Under the pieces are notes generated by a model. The model searched no databases, was not told where the DNA came from, and was given only the letters and a program-made list of their open reading frames with translations. Shown in pieces: positions 1 through 5,813 of a stretch of DNA of 11,494 nt. The stretch lies in assembly GCA_043750125.1 (NCBI GenBank), contig JAYVCD010000323.1, positions 1 to 11,494 on the forward strand, given 5' to 3'. Origin of the DNA: Archangiaceae bacterium (GTDB lineage Bacteria > Myxococcota > Myxococcia > Myxococcales > Myxococcaceae). Position 1 is the stretch's first letter. The number at the start of each line of letters is the position of its first letter. The position numbers and the translations under genes were made by a program.

Positions 1-120
1 CGCGATGGCGGTGGCGGTTCCAGCCCGCCCCGAAGCCGCGGCGTCCTGCTCGGCGACGGCGAAGCCACCGGCCGATGCGGGAAGACAGAACAGCAGCGCC
101 GAAAACAGAGCGGCTCGCAT
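1..120 (-). CDS. FadL/OmpP1/TodX-family outer-membrane transporter for long-chain fatty acids or other hydrophobic compounds; N-terminal 40 codons only, continues past the left edge
   Basis: Not in the ORF track. The reverse complement from the ATG at 120 reads MRAALFSALLFCLPASAGGFAVAEQDAAASGRAGTATAIA: a signal peptide ending A-S-A, then GGF-x-V-x-EQ-x-A-x-x-x-GRA-x-x-x-x-A, the typical mature N-terminus of FadL-family proteins. Its ATG shares one base with the lipase TGA (TGATG). Confidence 0.85.
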   Translation of the reverse strand, partial: MRAALFSALLFCLPASAGGFAVAEQDAAASGRAGTATAIA

Positions 121-2612
121 CAGATCCCCTCGAGGAAGTTCGCCATGTCGTCCTGGCCCGGGTAGCACGAGAGCTCGGCGGGGTCGGCGAGGAACCCGTG
201 GCTGCCGATGAACGTGCGGAACTGCGTCGCTTCGTCGATGCCGCTCGATTTGATCAGCCGGCGGGTCGCCGTATTGGGAACGACGGTGTCTCCGATTGCC
301 ATCTGCAGTCGCAGCCGCTTGGGCTTCGCCGTGACTTCGAGCCTGGTCTTCGGGTCGACGTACTTCAGCGGGCGGCTCAGCGCGTACGGCGAGAGGTTGA
401 TCGGGTCGATTTCGTCCAGGCACCACCGCGCCGCGTTGACGAACTGCTCGTACGCCGGCGTGCCTTCCGCAATCCCCTTGTCCATCAAGCCCTGCTTCAG
501 CGTCGGGCCAAAGGTCGCCGACTCGCGCATCAGGTCGACCATTCCCGCGCCGGCCACGTTGAGCAGCATCGAATTGAAGACGGGCTCGATGCCGGACACC
601 TCGGCGCCGACGATTCCTCCCAGGCTGATCCCGGCATAGGACACCTGGTTCGGATCGAGCCCGATGCCTCCGGTGATTGGCTTCCAGTCCATCTGCCGAA
701 TCAGGCGGACCTGGGCCGAGAGGTCGATGATCCCCTGACGAAAGTGGTCGCGGGTTCCAAAGAGGTTCGCCACATCGACATACGCGGCCCCGGTCGAGGT
801 GGGCGTGCCCGGGCTGCCGAGGTAGGCGGGGCCCCGCGCGGGCTCGGCGGGCAGGCCGCCTTTGACGCAGCTTCCGTTTTTGGCGCAGGTCGCACCCGAC
901 GAACATTGGTTGTCCTGCAGGCAGGCCGAGCGTTCGCCGTGAAACGGAAGATCGATGGCCATTACTGCGAAGCCGGCGCGCGAGAGGCGGTCGGCGACCA
1001 GGAAGGCGAGCCGGCGTTCGGTGGTCAGGGCGTGTCCAAAGACCAGCACCTTCACGTTGCTGCCCACGACCGCGGTCCTGGGCAGGGTGAGGAAGAACTC
1101 GATCGCTCGGGGTTCTCCCGCGCCGTTCTCGCGAAAAGCCCGCGTCGTCGGGTCGAGCCGGTCGAAGGTGGTGATTTTTCCGGTGATGTACTTGCCGACG
1201 TTGGGCTGCAAGATCGTGGCGGCCGACACCTTGGTGTCGATCACCGTTAAAGGCAGGTTCTTCTCATACGGGGTCATCCACAGCTCTCGCGCGCGGCCCA
1301 GAATGTCCTGGGTGGTGAAAACCCACGCGGCGCCGACGCTGTCTCGAGGGATCTTCGCGCCACTGAGGACGCCCGAAATTCCGGCGCGCAGCGGCTCGAG
1401 CTTGCTCGCGGTGGCGGTGCACATCGACGACAAGGTGGATTGCCCCTGCCCATCGAGCAGGCTCTGGCCCAGGGTGAGCACCGAAGGCAACGGCATCAGC
1501 GCCAAGGGGTTGCCCTGGGCGTCCTTCACGTTCGAGAGCACCACCACGTAGGCAGTCCCCGGCAGCAGCGGCACCCGGGGCTGCAGCACCAGCTTCTTCC
1601 CGTCGGCGCTCAGCGTTCGGTCCACCTCGGTGAATTCCACTTTGCTGTCCCGCGCGAACAGCCGGACGTGGGTCGGGGTCACCGAGCTGAGATCGATGGG
1701 CTGCGTGGCTTCGATCGACAGCGCCGCGGTGGTCGAGAAGCCGTCCAGCTGGTTGAAGCCCTTCTTCAGCTCGATCTGCTCGGGCTTGTCGGTCGCGGCG
1801 AAAGGCAGCGTCACCCTTCCGGTTGCGGGGTCGATCAGCAGCTGGTTGGGGAAGGGAATGCGCTTGCTGTTGGGGTCGAACAGCGCCTCGCCCTGGGTCA
1901 GGGCGGTGAAGTGCCAGAGCGCGATTACTTCCCGGCGGGGGACTCCTTTCGATTCGAGCATCGCGAAGTGGGGCTCGAGCCGGGCGCGAACCCCCTCGAG
2001 GCGCCGAGCGGTGGTGAGCTTTTCTGCGCGGGTGAGCCCCGGCAAGGCGTCGAGGTGGGTGGTCAGGTCTTTGCCCGCGCGCAGAAAATGAAAAGCGGGC
2101 GACTCGACCACTTCTTCCCCGTGCGAGCCCTTCAGCCCGTCTTTTCCTCCTCGCAGCGCAAAGACATACACGTGGCCGGGGACGAACCCGGTGGGCGCGC
2201 TGAAGCTCAGTGAAAGATCGCAGTCCGCCCAGGTGCGATCGAGCGCCACTTCGGCCAGCGGGCCTTTGCCGTGATCTCCCAGATCAAAGACCAGGGCGGT
2301 GGCGTTGGTGATGCTGTCCGGTGCCAGCGCGCCTGAGAACTGCACCCGGCCTGAGCTCGCCGTGGAGAACCCGTCGTGTCCGTTGAAGCCCGCCTTGAGC
2401 GCGTTCTCTGCGTCCGACAGCTCGGGGTTGGGGACAATCGCGACTTTGCCGTTGGCATCGAGCGCGAGGTCATTGGGGGTGGGCAGGTTGCCCTTCGCCG
2501 GATCGTAAACCACGTTGATCACCGGCGGCCGAATCACCGTGGGGATGTCCGGGCCACAGCCGACGAACAGCAACAGCGCAACGAACGGCGCCCGATCAGT
2601 CAGGGTTTTCAT
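120..2612 (-). CDS. Lipoprotein lipase/phospholipase, VolA/Pla-1/Cef-like alpha/beta hydrolase with two N-terminal Ig-like (Lipase_bact_N-type) domains, 830 aa
   Basis: Lipobox LLLFVG-C after a short hydrophobic stretch; P-x-PN and DGFST motifs (each twice); VLVFGHAL oxyanion region; AIDLPFHGER; nucleophile elbow GISLG (Ser codon 624-626); GDTVVPN (Asp); GSHGFL (His) near the C-terminus. Confidence 0.88.
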   Translation of the reverse strand: MKTLTDRAPFVALLLFVGCGPDIPTVIRPPVINVVYDPAKGNLPTPNDLALDANGKVAIVPNPELSDAENALKAGFNGHDGFSTASSGRVQFSGALAPDSITNATALVFDLGDHGKGPLAEVALDRTWADCDLSLSFSAPTGFVPGHVYVFALRGGKDGLKGSHGEEVVESPAFHFLRAGKDLTTHLDALPGLTRAEKLTTARRLEGVRARLEPHFAMLESKGVPRREVIALWHFTALTQGEALFDPNSKRIPFPNQLLIDPATGRVTLPFAATDKPEQIELKKGFNQLDGFSTTAALSIEATQPIDLSSVTPTHVRLFARDSKVEFTEVDRTLSADGKKLVLQPRVPLLPGTAYVVVLSNVKDAQGNPLALMPLPSVLTLGQSLLDGQGQSTLSSMCTATASKLEPLRAGISGVLSGAKIPRDSVGAAWVFTTQDILGRARELWMTPYEKNLPLTVIDTKVSAATILQPNVGKYITGKITTFDRLDPTTRAFRENGAGEPRAIEFFLTLPRTAVVGSNVKVLVFGHALTTERRLAFLVADRLSRAGFAVMAIDLPFHGERSACLQDNQCSSGATCAKNGSCVKGGLPAEPARGPAYLGSPGTPTSTGAAYVDVANLFGTRDHFRQGIIDLSAQVRLIRQMDWKPITGGIGLDPNQVSYAGISLGGIVGAEVSGIEPVFNSMLLNVAGAGMVDLMRESATFGPTLKQGLMDKGIAEGTPAYEQFVNAARWCLDEIDPINLSPYALSRPLKYVDPKTRLEVTAKPKRLRLQMAIGDTVVPNTATRRLIKSSGIDEATQFRTFIGSHGFLADPAELSCYPGQDDMANFLEGI

Positions 2613-2623
2613 GGAGACCCGTG

Positions 2624-2652
2624 GAGATAATCCTGCGCGCCGGGCGGGTCAA
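2624..2652 (-). promoter_or_regulatory. Candidate sigma70-type promoter for the lipase-fadL pair
   Basis: Minus strand reads TTGACC-N17-TATCTC, ending 11 nt before the ATG at 2612. There is no Shine-Dalgarno in between. The -10 box is imperfect. Confidence 0.5.
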
Positions 2653-2707
2653 ATCGGCGCGGAAGAAGTGGCTCACCGACTGCAGGTTCCTTCAGCCCGG
2701 AGCCGCC

Positions 2708-3017
2708 ATGCCGATGATCCTCATGTCACCCGCTTTCAAGTCTTTCGGGCCGATTCCCACCCGGTACACCTGCGAAGGGCCCAACGTCTCGCCTCCGTTG
2801 CAGTGGTCGGGGGTGCCCCTGTCCCCCCATCGGTCGCCACCGCTACTTCTTCAAGTTGTACGCGCTCGATTTCGAGCTTCCCCGAATGAAAAACGCCACC
2901 AAGAAGGACGTTGAAAAAGCGATGGAAGGCCGGGTGATCGCGCGCGCCGAGCTGGTGGGCACCTACGAGAAGACCGGCGGGCTGCACTACCGCCAAGAAT
3001 CGGGACGACGTTCCTGA
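2708..3017 (+). pseudogene. YbhB/YbcL family (PEBP/RKIP-like) gene with an internal deletion and +1 frameshift
   Basis: GGAG at 2699-2702 precedes the ATG at 2708. Bases 2708-2818 encode MPMILMSPAFKSFGPIPTRYTCEGPNVSPPLQWSGVP (family N-terminus). A different frame, 2817-3017, encodes PCPPIGRHRYFFKLYALDFELPRMKNATKKDVEKAMEGRVIARAELVGTYEK...* (family C-terminus). The central DPDAP and HW motifs are absent. Confidence 0.85.
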
Positions 3018-3232
3018 GCGAACGGACCGGGCCTGGGCGCGGTGTCCGCGGAGTCGCTCAACGGGCAACGGGTGCAAGAGAAGCTCTGCCAGCCGCGCAG
3101 AATCGACTCGTTGAGGCATTCATCGTAGTGGCTGCAATAGAGCCGACGGTGCCTCAAGATTTCTCTCTCGTTGCGCAGCGTCGAATCGAGGGGCGTGGGT
3201 TCCGGCTTCAACAACACCATGGGGTTCGTCAC
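2987..3232 (-). CDS. Small hypothetical protein with a C-x5-C-x13-C-x2-C motif, putative metal or Fe-S binding, about 81 aa
   Basis: (M)TNPMVLLKPEPTPL...HRRLYCSHYDECLNESILRGWQSFSCTRCPL...WR*. The GTG at 3232 has AAAGGA 5 nt upstream; an alternative ATG is at 3220. The longer 142-aa ORF-track version overlaps the divergent gene and is unlikely. From memory it resembles a short uncharacterised myxobacterial family (not searched). Confidence 0.75.
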   Translation of the reverse strand: MTNPMVLLKPEPTPLDSTLRNEREILRHRRLYCSHYDECLNESILRGWQSFSCTRCPLSDSADTAPRPGPFAQERRPDSWR

Positions 3233-3255
3233 TTCGTTCCTTTCGACGCGGCTAC

Positions 3256-3271
3256 TGCCCTCGCAATGCCA
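3256..3271 (-). promoter_or_regulatory. Candidate sigma54 (-24/-12) promoter for the small Cys protein gene
   Basis: Minus strand reads TGGCATTGCGAGGGCA: TGGCA at -24 with exact GG-N10-GC spacing. The -12 element is GGGCA rather than TTGCA. The predicted start site lies just upstream of the Shine-Dalgarno. Confidence 0.45.
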
Positions 3272-3288
3272 GTCCAGATTCGCGTCGG

Positions 3289-3310
3289 TCAATCGGTTTC
3301 CAACCGTTGA
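3289..3310. repeat. Imperfect inverted repeat in the divergent promoter region, possible regulator binding site
   Basis: TCAATCGGTT-TCC-AACCGTTGA: the arms are complementary over 9 bp with one extra base in the left arm; AT-rich relative to the flanks. Confidence 0.35.
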
Positions 3311-3353
3311 GCACAAGTGGATCTTCCCGAGGACACTGTTAGATCTCCCGGCG

Positions 3354-4763
3354 GTGAGGTTGAACCCGACGTACGAGCAGTTGGCCCAACTGCGAACGCT
3401 GGTCGCGCAGGCCAATGCTGGGCGTAGGGTCCGGATTCTCGAGCTCGAAGCCGTGCTCGAAGTCGCTCGCGAAGCGGTCGATTCGAAGCTCGGCTTCAGC
3501 TGGCGGCACGCGGGCGATCACGTGGACGCCCGGGCGAGCACGACGGTGTGCCTGGCGGTGCATGCCCGTGGCGGGGTCACCATCGGGTTGGCGGGGGTCC
3601 GCGCGCTCGATCCGGATCCCGGCAAGGGGTGGCCCGAATTGCGACCCTGGGTTTCGAGGGTCCCCGCTCAGAATGCGTCGCGGTGCGCCGCGTGGGGCGA
3701 GCGGCAAAGAGACGACCGGCTGGGTCTGAGCGTGCAATCCGAACAGCCCCGACGGGCCACCGCCGACGGGGCCGTTCTGCTCGAGGCGGTGCTCGCTCAC
3801 CCGGACGATGATGCGCCCCGGCTCGTCTATTCCGACTGGCTGGCCGACCAGGGCGACCCCCGCGGAGAGCTGATCGCCGTCCAGTGTGCCCGGGCCCGCC
3901 TTCCGGACGACGCGGTCGAACAGCGGGCGCTGGAGGAGCGCGAGTGGACGCTGTTGTCGCTGCATGAAGAGACGTGGCGCAAAGAGCTGGCTCCGGACGT
4001 GTTGAGCCTCAAGTTCCGGCGCGGCTTCGTCGACGAGCTGACGCTCTACGCCTCGACGTTCGTCGATCAGGCCGAGAAGATCTTCGCGCGTGAGCCGGTG
4101 ACGACCGCGCGCATCGTCGATGCGGCCGAGAAGGGCGCCGTTCAGCTCGCTGCCTGTCCGTCGCTTCGTAAGCTTTCGGGCTTGAGATTGTCGAACTCGA
4201 CCGGCGCCTATGAGCGGGGGATCGGGCTCGAAGGGCTGGGCGCGCTGCTGTCGTCCCGCCACGTCGGCGCCCTGGGCTGCCTGGTTCTGGAAGGACAACA
4301 CGTCGATGATCTGGGTGCGATCGTCCTGGCCAAGGCGGGCCCGGGGGCGCTTCCGGCGCTGCACACCTTGCAGCTGAGCGCTGATTCGGTCACTGCGGTG
4401 GGAGTCGAAAATCTGTGCGAGACCAAGTGGTTCCGGCGGCTGCGGCGCGTCTCGTTCGCCGCCAACGCCCTGCGCGAAGTCGGAATCGAGGCGCTGGCCT
4501 TCGCCCCCGGAGCCGGCGCCTGGGAAGAGCTCGACCTCGATGCCAACCTGGTCGGCGACGCGGGCGCCCGGGTGATCGCCGCCCATGAGCGGCTCGGGTC
4601 GTTGAAGCGCTTGTCTCTTCAGCGAGATCACCTCGGGCCGGCCGGAGTGCAGGCGCTGCTCGATTCGCCCCGGCTCAAGGGACTGCAGGCCCTTCGCCTC
4701 GATGGAAATCGAATCGGCGGGCTGTTGGTGGAAAAGGTGAGGCAGCGCTTCGGGGCGTGGTGA
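3354..4763 (+). CDS. TIGR02996 (repeat-companion) domain protein with C-terminal leucine-rich repeats and an unrecognised N-terminal region, about 469 aa; start uncertain (GTG 3354 or TTG 3360)
   Basis: LLEAVLAHPDDDAPRLVYSDWLADQGDPRGELIAVQC at 3777-3887 is the TIGR02996 signature, followed by FRRGFV and about seven ribonuclease-inhibitor-like LRRs (e.g. WEELDLDANLVGDAGARVIA, LQALRLDGNRIG). The ORF-track start at 3171 overlaps the divergent small gene. Confidence 0.85.
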   Translation: MRLNPTYEQLAQLRTLVAQANAGRRVRILELEAVLEVAREAVDSKLGFSWRHAGDHVDARASTTVCLAVHARGGVTIGLAGVRALDPDPGKGWPELRPWVSRVPAQNASRCAAWGERQRDDRLGLSVQSEQPRRATADGAVLLEAVLAHPDDDAPRLVYSDWLADQGDPRGELIAVQCARARLPDDAVEQRALEEREWTLLSLHEETWRKELAPDVLSLKFRRGFVDELTLYASTFVDQAEKIFAREPVTTARIVDAAEKGAVQLAACPSLRKLSGLRLSNSTGAYERGIGLEGLGALLSSRHVGALGCLVLEGQHVDDLGAIVLAKAGPGALPALHTLQLSADSVTAVGVENLCETKWFRRLRRVSFAANALREVGIEALAFAPGAGAWEELDLDANLVGDAGARVIAAHERLGSLKRLSLQRDHLGPAGVQALLDSPRLKGLQALRLDGNRIGGLLVEKVRQRFGAW

Positions 4764-4784
4764 AGGCTCTGCTAGAGGCGGTTC

Positions 4785-5744
4785 ATGAACCAGCGCCGCA
4801 GCTATTACCCGCCGATCGAGCCGTACCGCACCGGGCGCCTGCCGGTCTCGGGTGGGCACGAGCTGTACTTCGAAGAGAGCGGCAACCCGAAGGGAAAGCC
4901 GGTCGTCTTCCTTCACGGCGGCCCCGGCGGAGGCAGTGAGCCGAAGCAGCGCCGCTTCTTTGATCCCACCGCCTACCGCATCGTTCTGTTCGACCAGCGC
5001 GGCTGCGGCAAGTCGACCCCCTTCGCTTCGATCGAGAACAACACCACCTGGGACCTGGTCGCCGACATCGAGGCGCTGCGGCTGCACTTGAAGATCGACC
5101 GGTGGCAGCTCTTCGGGGGCTCGTGGGGCAGCACCCTGTCGCTGGCCTACGCCCAGACCCACCCCGCCAGCGTCACCGAGCTGGTGCTGCGCGGAATCTT
5201 TCTGTTGCGAAAGCAGGAGATCGACTGGTTCTACCAACGGGGTTGCAGTGCAATCTGGCCAGACGCCTGGGAACCGTACTTCAACCACATTCCGCAAGCC
5301 GAGCGCGGCGATCTGATGCGCGCGTACCACCGCCGGCTCACCAGCGATGATCGCGAAGTTCGGCTCGCCGCCGCGCGCGCGTGGAGCGTGTGGGAAGGCA
5401 GCACCAGCTACCTGCATTCGAACGCCGAGATGATTCAGCGCACCGGGGAAGACGAGTTCGCGCTCGCCTTCGCGCGGATCGAGTGCCACTACTTCTTGAA
5501 CGACGGCTGGCTCACCCAGGGCCGCGCACTGCTCGACAACATCGAGCAGATTCGCCACCTGCCCTGCGTGATCGTGCAAGGCCGCTACGACGTGGTGTGC
5601 CCGATGGAATCGGCGTGGGCGCTTCATCGCGCCTGGCCGTCGGCGGAATTGAACGTCGTCGCCGACGCGGGACATTCGGCACACGAGCCTGGAAACGTTC
5701 ACGCGCTGGTGCTTGCAACCGACGGATTCAAGAGCAGGAAATGA
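4785..5744 (+). CDS. pip: Proline iminopeptidase (prolyl aminopeptidase, peptidase S33), 319 aa
   Basis: YPPIEPY N-terminus, HGGPGGG, FDQRGCGKS, GGSWG nucleophile (Ser codon 5121-5123), LRGIF, ARIECHYF, QGRYDVVCP (Asp), AGHS (His). GAGG Shine-Dalgarno; 21 nt downstream of the previous stop. Confidence 0.97.
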   Translation: MNQRRSYYPPIEPYRTGRLPVSGGHELYFEESGNPKGKPVVFLHGGPGGGSEPKQRRFFDPTAYRIVLFDQRGCGKSTPFASIENNTTWDLVADIEALRLHLKIDRWQLFGGSWGSTLSLAYAQTHPASVTELVLRGIFLLRKQEIDWFYQRGCSAIWPDAWEPYFNHIPQAERGDLMRAYHRRLTSDDREVRLAAARAWSVWEGSTSYLHSNAEMIQRTGEDEFALAFARIECHYFLNDGWLTQGRALLDNIEQIRHLPCVIVQGRYDVVCPMESAWALHRAWPSAELNVVADAGHSAHEPGNVHALVLATDGFKSRK

Positions 5745-5775
5745 GCTTTCGAGAGATCCGGTCGAAGACGCGTCC

Positions 5776-5805
5776 TTGACGGACCCCGTGCGTTCCATCT
5801 ATCGA
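5776..5805 (+). promoter_or_regulatory. Candidate sigma70-type promoter giving a leaderless or near-leaderless topA mRNA
   Basis: TTGACG (5776-5781), 18 nt, TATCGA (5800-5805), then 8 nt to the ATG at 5814. No Shine-Dalgarno. The -10 box is weak. Confidence 0.35.
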
Positions 5806-5813
5806 CCGCGCCA

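Noticed and set aside
75-2213. Plus-strand ORFs of 391, 198 and 257 aa opposite the lipase
   Set aside because: Antisense shadows of a GC-rich gene; Arg/Gly-rich or otherwise motif-free.
2621-2914. 97-aa ORF as an intact gene
   Set aside because: Only 2708-2818 matches the YbhB family; the rest is upstream extension and out-of-frame read-through after the deletion junction.
3171-3415. Long N-terminal extensions of the two divergent genes as given in the ORF track
   Set aside because: They overlap each other head-to-head and cover a region with promoter-like signals and a good Shine-Dalgarno for the shorter minus-strand start.
5741-5779. 12-codon ORF MSFREIRSKTRP overlapping the pip stop (ATGA), a possible topA leader peptide
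   Set aside because: Too short to assess, Shine-Dalgarno spacing is poor, there is no attenuator structure, and it ends within the candidate topA -35 box.
3339-5798. 819-aa minus-strand ORF
   Set aside because: Lies antisense to the TIGR02996 gene and pip, both of which have clear motifs; long stop-free antisense frames are expected at this GC content.
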